Source: an uncultured virus (IMG/VR IMGVR_UViG_3300031857_000107) (lineage: Duplodnaviria > Heunggongvirae > Uroviricota > Caudoviricetes). Taken from it: a stretch of DNA of 64,000 nucleotides. Below the pieces are notes generated by a model. It did not search any database, was not told the DNA's origin, and saw only the letters and a list, made by a program, of their open reading frames with translations. The stretch is taken from the IMG/VR virus record IMGVR_UViG_3300031857_000107; one strand, 5' to 3'. Shown here piece after piece: positions 38,530 to 47,395 of the stretch; positions within the stretch are counted from its first letter, which is position 1; each line of letters starts with the position of its first letter. Position numbers and translations under genes: made by a program.

Positions 38530-38910
38530 ATGGATACAAATAACGCTCAAATCATATCTCAACAAGTATTAGAATCTACGGGCCAAGATCTTACTGGAAA
38601 GTATGTTTGGCTTTTTATTATCGGATTAATAGCATTGATGTTTAAATCCAGCATTGAAAAATTTGCTGCCGCTTTATTTATGTTTGTTGGAAATGATTAC
38701 AAAGAAGATGATGTAGTGTATGTTGATGGAAAACCGGGAAGAATTGTGCGAGTCGGTCTGACTAAGACTGTATTTTTTATTTATGACGTAGTTGACGGTA
38801 AAGTTCTTGGCGGCAGCAAATTAGTCGTCCAAAACGAAAGACTAGCATCATTAAATATTGAAAAGCCTCTTGCTAACTTAGATCTAAGTAGATTTAAGAA
38901 AAATGAATAA
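38530..38910 (+). CDS. minimal MscS-like membrane protein
   Basis: TM helix then 'YKEDDVVYVDGKPGRIVRVGLTKT…VQNERL' MscS middle beta-domain pattern. Confidence 0.6.
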   Translation: MDTNNAQIISQQVLESTGQDLTGKYVWLFIIGLIALMFKSSIEKFAAALFMFVGNDYKEDDVVYVDGKPGRIVRVGLTKTVFFIYDVVDGKVLGGSKLVVQNERLASLNIEKPLANLDLSRFKKNE

Positions 38911-39520
38911 TGTCGTCTCAAATATAAAGAAATACTTATTAGCAGTGCTTTTGCCAACTGCTATACTTGTTATGCTTGCTTTATCTAGTCTAAAAGATAT
39001 AGAAAAAGCATTCACAAGGTTTAGATTTGGTAGAGATATAACTCTCTATCTTAGAAAGTCTACAGACCATTTAACATATCTTGGCTCTGCATATACAGCT
39101 ACAGGAGATAAAAAGTTCATAGAGCAATTCAATATTCATTTAAAAGAAAGAGAAAAGTATTTTAATAATGAAGTTTTTACTTCTAAAATACTTACTCAAG
39201 AGGAGTTAAAAGAATTTCGAATTGGTTTAGATATAAGTAGTGAATTAGCAAAAGAAGTAGAAGCACCTGCTTTTGAAAAGATGGATAGTAAGGCATTCTT
39301 TGGTGAAAAATATTTAGATTATAAAAAGAGAATATATGACAGCAAAGATAAATTTAGAACCTTAATTAATGATAGCTCTGAAAAAATAATTAAGGACGAA
39401 ACAAAACTACTAAATATATATTTATACAGTTTATGTTTGATTATTATCTCATTAGTTTTTTTAATTAAAAGCGACAATCAACCCATTAAAAAGAAAACCA
39501 TAAAAAAGAAAAAGAAATAA
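38903..39520 (+). CDS. TM-extracytoplasmic helical sensor-TM protein without output domain
   Basis: LRKSTDHLT…Y.ATGD.KF…TQEEL…FGEKY…K..I resembles chemoreceptor/kinase sensor domains. Confidence 0.55.
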   Translation: MNNVVSNIKKYLLAVLLPTAILVMLALSSLKDIEKAFTRFRFGRDITLYLRKSTDHLTYLGSAYTATGDKKFIEQFNIHLKEREKYFNNEVFTSKILTQEELKEFRIGLDISSELAKEVEAPAFEKMDSKAFFGEKYLDYKKRIYDSKDKFRTLINDSSEKIIKDETKLLNIYLYSLCLIIISLVFLIKSDNQPIKKKTIKKKKK

Positions 39521-39523
39521 TTT

Positions 39524-39844
39524 ATGGACCAACTTCAAAAAATGGGAATCCAGATTGGATTTTTAATCAGTGGTTTATTTGGAGCTATATTAATGGCTAC
39601 CAAAAACGAAAAAACAGATATTAAATCTGTGTTTTTATCTTTAATTGGTGGAATGTCAGCCGCTAACTTCCTTACTCCTGTTCTAGTTGATACATTAAAT
39701 GTAACAAATACTAAACATCAAAATGGTATAGCTTTTATTGCAGGATTTTTAGGATTAAAATTAGTAGAAATAGTCAGCGAAAAGTTTTTAGAGAAAGTAG
39801 GTCATAAAACAAAATCAAAAAAAATTAAAAGAAAAAAACGATAA
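39524..39844 (+). CDS. holin-like membrane protein
   Basis: three Gly-rich TM segments, highly basic C-terminus. Confidence 0.55.
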   Translation: MDQLQKMGIQIGFLISGLFGAILMATKNEKTDIKSVFLSLIGGMSAANFLTPVLVDTLNVTNTKHQNGIAFIAGFLGLKLVEIVSEKFLEKVGHKTKSKKIKRKKR

Positions 39845-41629
39845 ATGGCAATAAATATTTTTACTCATATCCGACGTAATTTATACGATAATGTTTATAA
39901 TTGCATAGTCAAAGATAAAGTAAATATAAATGAAAGAGATGAAGATACTGGAAATCCTCCTCTTATTGTTGCCGTGTCAGAAAATAGTAAAGAGATTGTC
40001 GAATTATTATTAAATCATGGTGCTGATATAAATTTGATGGATTGGACAAGTAAAAATACAGCACTTGATATTGCAGAACAAAAAGGTTTTTTAGCTATTG
40101 TTGATATTCTTCAAAAACGTGGTGCAAAATATGGCAGCGGAAGCAGCTTTCATTTGGCAGCTAAAAATGGCGACATAATTTCAGTAGAAGAAATGTTGAA
40201 TAAAGGTCATACTTTAAATGAAGTTGACGCTGCAAAAGGTTGGACTGCAATGCATTATGCAGTTCATTATGGACAAAAACATTTAGTTGAATACTTAATA
40301 CTTAGAGGTGCTGATGTTAATTCTAAAGACTTTTTAGGTAAAAATAATCCAATTGATGTATTAGCTTTAGGCAATAGAGGAGAAATAGTAAGAATACTAA
40401 CTAAAGCAGGAGCAAAGTCTTCTGGTGGCTCAAGCATTCATTTTTGTGCTGAAACAGGAGACTTCGAAGGAGTTCAAAAGTATTTTGATATTGATGGTCG
40501 CATAAATGGTCGCGATGATAAAAATGGATGGATGCCAATTCATTATGCAGTTAATGCTAATGATATTGAAATGGTTGAATTTTTGATCTGTCTAGGAGCT
40601 AATGTTAATGGTGCAGACTTTAAAGGTGAAATCGCTCCTTTAGATTTAGCTTTTAAAACTGGTAACATTAAAATGCAAACACTGCTTCAATTAAAAGGAG
40701 CAGCAAGAAAGAAAAAAATCGACAATGGAGGTGGAGGCAAAGACGTTACAATTCATATTAGCGAAGAATTTAAAAAACAAATGCAAGCTTACATTGATAA
40801 AAGAAACGAAGAAGAAGTTAAGTTAAAAAAAATACATGAAGAAGAAGTCGCAAAAGATCCAAAGAAAAAAGACAAAAAAACTATCAGTTGGAAAGAATTT
40901 TTAAAAAGCAAAAACAAGCCAGTCGAAGAAAAGAAAGTCGAAGAAATTAAAAAAGTCGAAGCTCCAAAACCACCTAAGAAAATAATAAATCAAGTTGCGG
41001 CGATTGATGCCGAAGTTAAATCTAGTCGTCTCGAATTGGACAAAATACAAGATGGCTATATATTTTTCATGGATATAGTTGGATATAGCAAAAAAACTAC
41101 TGATGAACAAAGAAAATGTTTTAAAGATTTAGGCGAAATAGTTAAATCAACTATACAATTTAAAACAGCAAACGCACTTGAAAAATTAATCGTTCTTCCA
41201 ACGGGTGACGGAATGATTCTTGGGTTCTTTACTTATCTTGAAGACGCTATCAATTGCGGCATCACTGTTGCCAAAGCTGTAAAAAATAGACCAGATTTAG
41301 AAATGAGAATGGGTATTCATTGTGGCGATGTTTGTCCACTTGAAGATATCAATGGTAATTTAAACATTAGCGGTGATGGAATCAATTACGCACAAAGAGT
41401 TATGGACTCAGGTGAAACAAATCATTTATTAGTTAGTTCTGACGTTATAGCTAAATATGACAGGCCAAATTTTGTACTAGTTGAAGACTTTGGCGACGTT
41501 ACCGTTAAACATGGAGTTATCATGCGATTATACAGCTTATATAGCTCAGATTTTGGTAATAAAAATTTCCCAAATTCAAGAGTAAAAAAAGCAGAAAAAA
41601 ATGACAAAAACAATACTCCCACAAGTTAA
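39845..41629 (+). CDS. ankyrin-repeat protein fused to class III nucleotide cyclase
   Basis: about 8 ANK repeats (GADVN, GWTAMHYAV); FMDIVGYS, PTGDG, RMGIH.G, GINYAQRV, VKHG. Confidence 0.9.
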   Translation: MAINIFTHIRRNLYDNVYNCIVKDKVNINERDEDTGNPPLIVAVSENSKEIVELLLNHGADINLMDWTSKNTALDIAEQKGFLAIVDILQKRGAKYGSGSSFHLAAKNGDIISVEEMLNKGHTLNEVDAAKGWTAMHYAVHYGQKHLVEYLILRGADVNSKDFLGKNNPIDVLALGNRGEIVRILTKAGAKSSGGSSIHFCAETGDFEGVQKYFDIDGRINGRDDKNGWMPIHYAVNANDIEMVEFLICLGANVNGADFKGEIAPLDLAFKTGNIKMQTLLQLKGAARKKKIDNGGGGKDVTIHISEEFKKQMQAYIDKRNEEEVKLKKIHEEEVAKDPKKKDKKTISWKEFLKSKNKPVEEKKVEEIKKVEAPKPPKKIINQVAAIDAEVKSSRLELDKIQDGYIFFMDIVGYSKKTTDEQRKCFKDLGEIVKSTIQFKTANALEKLIVLPTGDGMILGFFTYLEDAINCGITVAKAVKNRPDLEMRMGIHCGDVCPLEDINGNLNISGDGINYAQRVMDSGETNHLLVSSDVIAKYDRPNFVLVEDFGDVTVKHGVIMRLYSLYSSDFGNKNFPNSRVKKAEKNDKNNTPTS

Positions 41630-41649
41630 TTTCTAGTGTAAAAAACGAT

Positions 41650-41871
41650 ATGTCAGATCAATATAACAATAATAGTTATGATGCAGTTCTATCAAGGATG
41701 GAACAAAAACTAGACAGTATTGCTGAAAATATCGATAACATTAAAAAAGGCCAGAAAGACTTGGAAACGCGAGTCGCTGGTCTTGAGTATTTTAAGTATT
41801 ATTTAGCAGGAATAGTTGCGGCAGTTTCAGTTGGTGCTAATTATTTAATGAATAAAGTAAAGAGCGGTTGA
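41650..41871 (+). CDS. small coiled-coil protein with C-terminal TM (holin/XhlA-like)
   Basis: heptad pattern then YLAGIVAAVSVGA; GTGTAA upstream. Confidence 0.55.
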   Translation: MSDQYNNNSYDAVLSRMEQKLDSIAENIDNIKKGQKDLETRVAGLEYFKYYLAGIVAAVSVGANYLMNKVKSG

Positions 41872-41885
41872 TCAAAGAAAATTTC

Positions 41886-41913
41886 TTGACTTCTTGCAAA
41901 ATCCGTGTAAGAT
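41886..41913 (+). promoter_or_regulatory. sigma70-type promoter overlapping a GTGTAA motif
   Basis: TTGACT-N16-TAAGAT; GTGTAA at 41905. Confidence 0.65.
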
Positions 41914-41922
41914 CATATACCT

Positions 41923-42627
41923 ATGATTAAATCATTTAAGTTATTCATCGTGTCAATTCTAGCCTCAGTCGCAGTTTTTGCTGCGGATACTGAGTCTTCA
42001 GTTCGCGCCAGTATTAATGCTGGCTACAACAACCACTACATCGTAAATGGTCTAGCCAAGACTAGCGGACAAGGTTTCGCTGGTTTTGATATTGGATCAA
42101 CTTATTTTGGCGTAGATGGTTATGTCGGTGGTGTTATTCTTCCTGATTCTAACAGCATCGATGAATCTCACTGGAATGTAGGTGTAGGCAAGGCTCTAAA
42201 GATTACCGAGAAGTTTTCTCTTCGTGGTGATCTACAGTTGCTACGCCATCAAAGCTCAATTGTTGGCGGTCGTAATTCTATCGAACTAGCCCCAAAGATT
42301 GCTTTGGTCAATCCATATCTAACTCCTTATATTCGCGGTTCACATGACTTCAATCTAAAGCAATCTGGTTATATCGTTGGCGTTGAACGCCCAACCGATG
42401 TATTTGGATGGGTCACTGTTACTCCAGCACTAGAGTATGGTAAGTTCACTGATTATGATGTTGTCGCTGCCAAGATTGGCGTATCTCGTACTTTCTTCAA
42501 CCACTTGCAGCCTTATGCTGAAGTCGGTTGGTATGATAACAACTTTTCAGCTTCAAAGTACAAGTTCGCTTCTCAAGAGTTTAGCGGCGACATCGTTGCT
42601 GTCGCAGGTGTTCGCTGGAACTTCTAA
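41923..42627 (+). CDS. outer-membrane beta-barrel protein
   Basis: Sec signal (…VFA/AD), amphipathic strands, C-terminal AGVRWNF beta-signal. Confidence 0.8.
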   Translation: MIKSFKLFIVSILASVAVFAADTESSVRASINAGYNNHYIVNGLAKTSGQGFAGFDIGSTYFGVDGYVGGVILPDSNSIDESHWNVGVGKALKITEKFSLRGDLQLLRHQSSIVGGRNSIELAPKIALVNPYLTPYIRGSHDFNLKQSGYIVGVERPTDVFGWVTVTPALEYGKFTDYDVVAAKIGVSRTFFNHLQPYAEVGWYDNNFSASKYKFASQEFSGDIVAVAGVRWNF

Positions 42628-42650
42628 TAGTGAACGATATTTAGTCAAAT

Positions 42651-42680
42651 AAGCCGCTAACGCAAGTTAGCGGTTTTTTT
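42651..42680 (+). terminator. intrinsic terminator
   Basis: ccgctaac-GCAA-gttagcgg plus T7. Confidence 0.9.
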
Positions 42681-42681
42681 G

Positions 42682-42710
42682 TTGACTTATGCAAAAATTT
42701 CTTTTATCAT
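42682..42710 (+). promoter_or_regulatory. sigma70-type promoter, leaderless
   Basis: TTGACT-N17-TATCAT, ATG 6 nt later. Confidence 0.7.
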
Positions 42711-42716
42711 CTTTGC

Positions 42717-43148
42717 ATGAGTGACGACACAAGACTTTTTTTAAATCCAAAAATTTATGTTGCAGATTCTAAATTGCATGGTAGAGGAGTTTTTACAAGC
42801 GAAGATCTTTTACCAGATGAAATTATAGAACAATCTCATGTTATTCATCCCGTAAATAAAAGTGCTAATAATTTAGACGATACTTATCGTAAATACTTTT
42901 TTGCTTGGCCTTTTTTAAACAAGAATTGGAAAGACTATGTAAACGAATATGGCTTTTTACCCGCCAATTTAATATCTTATCCTGCTTGTGTTTTAGGATT
43001 CGGCATGATTTATAATCACGATAGAAAAAGCCCTAATGCAACAGTAAATATCAACACAGAAGAAAATTTTGTTGAATTTCGCGCTGCCCGAAAAATACTT
43101 TCTGGCGAAGAGATAACTATCTGTTATAATAAAAATATAGATTTTTAA
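42717..43148 (+). CDS. SET-domain protein-lysine methyltransferase
   Basis: HGRGVF, GMIYNH…PNA, I.SGEEITICY. Confidence 0.9.
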   Translation: MSDDTRLFLNPKIYVADSKLHGRGVFTSEDLLPDEIIEQSHVIHPVNKSANNLDDTYRKYFFAWPFLNKNWKDYVNEYGFLPANLISYPACVLGFGMIYNHDRKSPNATVNINTEENFVEFRAARKILSGEEITICYNKNIDF

Positions 43149-43149
43149 T

Positions 43150-43740
43150 ATGTCTAATATAAATCAAATAACAACTTTATTATTAGATTCTTCATTTATG
43201 CCTTATACCTTCCTTACAGGAAGGGCAACTTTTGTTCATTTAATTAAAAATAATATTAAATGTTTTGATGCAAGCGAAAATCTTATAGATAATAATTCAG
43301 AATGGTTTTCTAATCAAGGAATTAATTTTTATAAAGATCAACCATTTTTAACTTCTAAAGATAGAATTTGGTTTTTACCGACAACAGCGGTTATTAAAAA
43401 TTCATTCTTCTCCAAAAGAAAAAGATTGCCACGCACTCTTAGTCTTCAAAAATTATGCATGATTTTTGATTACACTTGTCAAATTTGTCATGAAAGATTT
43501 GACAAGAAAGAGATGACCGTGGAACATATATTTCCTCGCTCTAAAGGTGGAACTAAGGAAATTGAAAACATCACCTTGACTTGTGCGAAGTGCAATCAAA
43601 TGAAGAAAGACTTATATCCATTTTTCGACAATAAAAATTGCGATATCAAATCAGTTCCTATGCCTATTCCTGTTCTTCCTAACAGACCCATCAAGAACCG
43701 TGATGAATGGCAAAAATATTTTATATATAAAAAACTATGA
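43150..43740 (+). CDS. HNH endonuclease
   Basis: CQIC…TVEHIFPRSKGG…N….C..CN..K. Confidence 0.9.
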   Translation: MSNINQITTLLLDSSFMPYTFLTGRATFVHLIKNNIKCFDASENLIDNNSEWFSNQGINFYKDQPFLTSKDRIWFLPTTAVIKNSFFSKRKRLPRTLSLQKLCMIFDYTCQICHERFDKKEMTVEHIFPRSKGGTKEIENITLTCAKCNQMKKDLYPFFDNKNCDIKSVPMPIPVLPNRPIKNRDEWQKYFIYKKL

Positions 43741-43922
43741 ACCCATCTGAATTCGAAAGAACAAAGCCAGTTAAAACACATAAAAAAATCAAAGAGTTAG
43801 AAAAACTAATTAAAGAAGAGCAGGTAAAAACTGAAAATCTTTATGCAAATCGTATCGCGACTCTTGACACAATGTTAAAAGCTGTGCATGATCTCATGGA
43901 TACTTTTAAAAAAGGTGAATAG
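43737..43922 (+). CDS. hypothetical protein
   Basis: coupled ORF. Confidence 0.5.
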   Translation: MNPSEFERTKPVKTHKKIKELEKLIKEEQVKTENLYANRIATLDTMLKAVHDLMDTFKKGE

Positions 43923-44581
43923 TGAGCTATCTATCGACAAATATACCAACTCAGTTAGGATACTTGGACACATCTTTTCTTACTGATAGTGCGCCTAGAA
44001 CAACTGGAAATTTTATTCCTGTAGAAATTTTTTCAATTGTATCTATTCCTCGGCGTTGTTTGATGTTCAATGTTATGAGTGAATATGGCGCACAATTCGC
44101 AAGAGTGCCTATTCATTATCTTTCTAATAGTGAACAACCCAGTACCAAATATGAGTTAGATTGGCTGCAACTATGGGATAGTTTTAGTTATTATTTTGCA
44201 ATCCAAAGATTTGAGTATTTAAAAAATGGTAGTGCATATATTTATCTTAAAGATAAGAAAATGCACGTTGGAAAATATCTATTCACAATTGATTGGTGCA
44301 ATGGTGAAGATTATAATCTAGGTTATTCTGAAATATCTGCTGGACACAAATGCGCTCATATTTTTTGGGGTGAAGGTGGGCAAATGTTCGCTCAACCAAA
44401 TAACAGAATAGTTTTTAGAGACAGTGGCGCATGGATATCAAATAAACTTCCACCTGAATCAAAAACTTGGAAACCGTTTTCTAAAGAATTTTCCTGTGAA
44501 GGTCTGGCTCACAAGTGGACCGCAGGTGACGCTGAATTAATGTATTATGAGTTTCAATCCCAACAATCCGAGACTAAGTAA
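43922..44581 (+). CDS. conserved phage hypothetical protein
   Basis: LQLWDSFSY, YLFTIDW, HKCAH, AQPNNR. Confidence 0.65.
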   Translation: MSYLSTNIPTQLGYLDTSFLTDSAPRTTGNFIPVEIFSIVSIPRRCLMFNVMSEYGAQFARVPIHYLSNSEQPSTKYELDWLQLWDSFSYYFAIQRFEYLKNGSAYIYLKDKKMHVGKYLFTIDWCNGEDYNLGYSEISAGHKCAHIFWGEGGQMFAQPNNRIVFRDSGAWISNKLPPESKTWKPFSKEFSCEGLAHKWTAGDAELMYYEFQSQQSETK

Positions 44582-45065
44582 GCCTGAGTATGGTTGTTAT
44601 CTTGCCTTATCCGCAAGATCACGCTCAGAAGATCCTCACACTCAAGTAGGCGTTGCCTTATTTGACCAAGAATGGAGAACCGTATCCACTGGCTTTAATG
44701 GCTTTGGTCCCGGTTTCATACCTAAAGAAAATATTTTTAAAGATCGTGAAACAAAGTCTTGTTTAATTAATCATGCTGAAATAAATGCTATTTTATATGC
44801 ATCGCGCCAACCATATTATGCTTGCATGGTTTATAGCCCGTGTGTTCATTGCGCCAAAACAATTGCTGCTTCTAAAATCAAAAGTGTATATTTTATTCAG
44901 CAATATATAAAAGGCTCAGATCAACAACCCGATTTAAAGTATGAAGAAATCTTTAAATTCTATGGAATAAACAGTATTCAATTGAATAATAAAAGTATCG
45001 GAAAAATCTTGTACTGGATTAAAAAAGATCAAGATTTTTTAGAAGCTCTATATGTTAAACCATAA
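44547..45065 (+). CDS. dCMP deaminase
   Basis: RSEDP.TQVG, GFNG, HAEINA, SPCVHC. Confidence 0.88.
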   Translation: MSFNPNNPRLSKPEYGCYLALSARSRSEDPHTQVGVALFDQEWRTVSTGFNGFGPGFIPKENIFKDRETKSCLINHAEINAILYASRQPYYACMVYSPCVHCAKTIAASKIKSVYFIQQYIKGSDQQPDLKYEEIFKFYGINSIQLNNKSIGKILYWIKKDQDFLEALYVKP

Positions 45066-45240
45066 AAAAATTATTGAAGACTCTGCTGCATTTTTTAATC
45101 AAGAGGTTGACAAGGTTATTTTAAAAATCACGACAGCAAAAACCGAAAAAGCTAGATCAAAGTATTTGAAACAATTGATGGCATTAAAAAATAGATTGAG
45201 TCTTGAGGTAAAAATGATTGATGAGCTTGGAAATTTCTGA
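45052..45240 (+). CDS. hypothetical protein
   Basis: ORF. Confidence 0.5.
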   Translation: MLNHKKIIEDSAAFFNQEVDKVILKITTAKTEKARSKYLKQLMALKNRLSLEVKMIDELGNF

Positions 45241-45249
45241 AATGTCCTC

Positions 45250-45277
45250 TTGACAATCGTATATTTTTCTCTAAGAT
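45250..45277 (+). promoter_or_regulatory. sigma70-type promoter
   Basis: TTGACA-N16-TAAGAT. Confidence 0.6.
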
Positions 45278-45391
45278 GGTGGAGCTTAAAGCTTTTATTA
45301 GTAAAAATAAATATTATGTGCATGATAATTTTTATGGCCTTTATTTGTGGCATTTTACTAATGAAAAAGTGGGAGCAAAATTAATAATAAA

Positions 45392-45721
45392 ATGAATAGT
45401 AATAGTCAGAACAATCAAAATGAATGGAAGAACCGTGAAGTTGGTGCGCTTTGGAAGAAGACAGCAACAAATGGAAAAAGTTCTTATTGTACAGGTTACA
45501 TCGTTTCAGATGAGCTTGGGACTAAGGTAAAGCAACGTGTTATCATGTTCGCTAACAAGACGAAAAACAATGAAAAGTCTCCTGACTTTATTATTTATTT
45601 GTCTAACGAACAAGAGAATGGAGAAGCTAGTGGTGCTTCAACAAAAGCCAAAGCTGCTCCTCCTAAGCGAGTACCGCAGCCAGCTTCCGCTGAAGCTGAT
45701 GATGATGGCATTCCAATGTGA
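45392..45721 (+). CDS. DUF736-like small ssDNA-binding protein with acidic tail
   Basis: VGALWKK, N..K..EKSPDF, tail DDDGIPM. Confidence 0.6.
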   Translation: MNSNSQNNQNEWKNREVGALWKKTATNGKSSYCTGYIVSDELGTKVKQRVIMFANKTKNNEKSPDFIIYLSNEQENGEASGASTKAKAAPPKRVPQPASAEADDDGIPM

Positions 45722-45729
45722 ATAAGTGC

Positions 45730-45758
45730 AAGCCCTCTGAAATATGAGGGCTTTTTTT
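45730..45758 (+). terminator. intrinsic terminator
   Basis: aagccctc-loop-gagggctt plus T run. Confidence 0.85.
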
Positions 45759-46214
45759 ATGATAACAAAAATTTCCATAAAAGATAAACACATTTTATTA
45801 AAATACGCTCCTTTATTCTGGGAAGAAATTAATGGAGAAGAACTTGCAGGTAAGTTGTGTTTAGAAAGTTTTTCTAATTTTTTAGAAGTAAATTTTAGAA
45901 ATGAAACCTTAGTTGGATGGTTTCACGAAGAAAATAAAAAAATTCAAGGCGGTATACTGTTTTCAATAGTGAACGACGTATTCACAAATAAGTTGTTACT
46001 AAAAGAAATATTCTGGTTTATTTTGCCAGATCAAAGAAATTCTTTAGCAGCTTATAAATTAATAAAACAAGCGGAAAAATTTGCAACAGAAAACAATATC
46101 AACTCAATTTTTATGGCTCACATGGCAAATCCTAACCCAGAAAAGCTATCAAAATTCTATAAAAAAATAGGATATAATTTTATTCAAGCTGAATACGCAA
46201 AAAAAATCTCTTGA
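45759..46214 (+). CDS. GNAT-family acetyltransferase
   Basis: EIFWFILPDQR…LIK.AE..A, KFYKKIGY; start moved past terminator. Confidence 0.75.
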   Translation: MITKISIKDKHILLKYAPLFWEEINGEELAGKLCLESFSNFLEVNFRNETLVGWFHEENKKIQGGILFSIVNDVFTNKLLLKEIFWFILPDQRNSLAAYKLIKQAEKFATENNINSIFMAHMANPNPEKLSKFYKKIGYNFIQAEYAKKIS

Positions 46215-46245
46215 CAGACCTCTATAATCGTGCAAAACTTACGCG

Positions 46246-47193
46246 ATGACTAAACTTGGTCTAGTTTGTATTTCTGAAATGCTGCGGGATAAAAATCCTG
46301 ATTTGGCTTTCAAAACCATGACTCGCACTCAGTTCTTGAAAAAGAATAGAGACGAATCTATTGCAGAGCTTTCTCGCCGTATTTCTCACAACCTTACGGT
46401 TACGATTGAAACTCTGAAACATTGTAAAGAAGTTGGCATCAAACACTATCGTTTGTCATGCAAACTATTTCCTTTGGTTACCGATCCCACTCTTAAGATT
46501 CAAGTCGATCTGCTTCCTTATTGGAACATCATTGAACAAAAGTTGATGGAAGTCGGTCGAGTTTCGCGTGAACTAAATATCACAATGTCGATTCATCCTG
46601 ATCAGTTTGTGGTTCTTGGTTCTGACTCGGATGATGTTTGCAATAAATCTATTGCTGAATTAAATTTTCATGCTTGGGTGCTTGATCAAATGAAGATACC
46701 GCAATCGCATCTATGCCCAATTAATATTCATCCTAGCTTGTCTAATTTTGAATCTGCCGAAAAGTTTGTAGACAAATTTGTTCGTAACTTTTTCCGCTGT
46801 GATATGGGAGTGCGAAATCGTTTAGTTTTAGAAAACGAAGATAAAGGATTTTGGAATTGCACTAATCTTCACGATTATTTTCATAATTACATGAAACAGA
46901 TTTATGGCTTTTATTTTCCATTGACTTATGATAATCTGCATGATACTGCTAATCCAAGTATTTTGCCAGACGGTTCTGCGGTTCCATTCGAAAAGAACTT
47001 TATGAAATTCTTTCAGACTTGGGATGTTCCTCCAGTATTTCATTGGTCTGAAGCTGAAACTGGCACTAAGCGCAATCACTCTAAGAATTTAACCGTTCCT
47101 CCTCCTGACATGGGATTAGATATCACTTGGGAAATCGAAGTCAAAGGTAAAGACAAAGCTTTTGTGCATTTCATTAAGCGTTTTCCTAATTGA
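46246..47193 (+). CDS. uvsE: UV-damage endonuclease (UvsE/UVDE)
   Basis: LGLVC, YRLS..LFP, SIHPDQF, NIH, LENED, YD.LH, FHWS, EIEVK.K. Confidence 0.9.
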   Translation: MTKLGLVCISEMLRDKNPDLAFKTMTRTQFLKKNRDESIAELSRRISHNLTVTIETLKHCKEVGIKHYRLSCKLFPLVTDPTLKIQVDLLPYWNIIEQKLMEVGRVSRELNITMSIHPDQFVVLGSDSDDVCNKSIAELNFHAWVLDQMKIPQSHLCPINIHPSLSNFESAEKFVDKFVRNFFRCDMGVRNRLVLENEDKGFWNCTNLHDYFHNYMKQIYGFYFPLTYDNLHDTANPSILPDGSAVPFEKNFMKFFQTWDVPPVFHWSEAETGTKRNHSKNLTVPPPDMGLDITWEIEVKGKDKAFVHFIKRFPN

Positions 47194-47224
47194 AAAAAGC
47201 TAAGCTCATATATATTATTAATAC

Positions 47225-47395
47225 ATGAAGCATGTAACAATCAAGATTGGGGACAAAGACCTTGAAGTATTGAAAGATATTTTCAAGAACGAGGCTGATT
47301 TCAAGCCTCAAGCTCAACAAGACTTGCTTATTATTGAGATCCTCAAGCAAGTTCTAAATAATCCTAAGAGCGAAATTTTAGACATCGAACTATGA
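47225..47395 (+). CDS. hypothetical protein (56 aa)
   Basis: Not in track; MKHVTIKIG…ILDIEL, ATGA overlap with next gene. Confidence 0.6.
   Translation: MKHVTIKIGDKDLEVLKDIFKNEADFKPQAQQDLLIIEILKQVLNNPKSEILDIEL

Noticed and set aside
43150..43740. HNH gene as a mobile intron-encoded homing endonuclease
   Set aside because: It is free-standing between intact genes and no interrupted host gene is visible
45276..45395. Two tiny overlapping ORFs before the DUF736-like gene (39 aa from 45276; 22-aa hydrophobic peptide at 45316-45384)
   Set aside because: Cannot tell which, if either, is real; the longer one starts inside the -10 box
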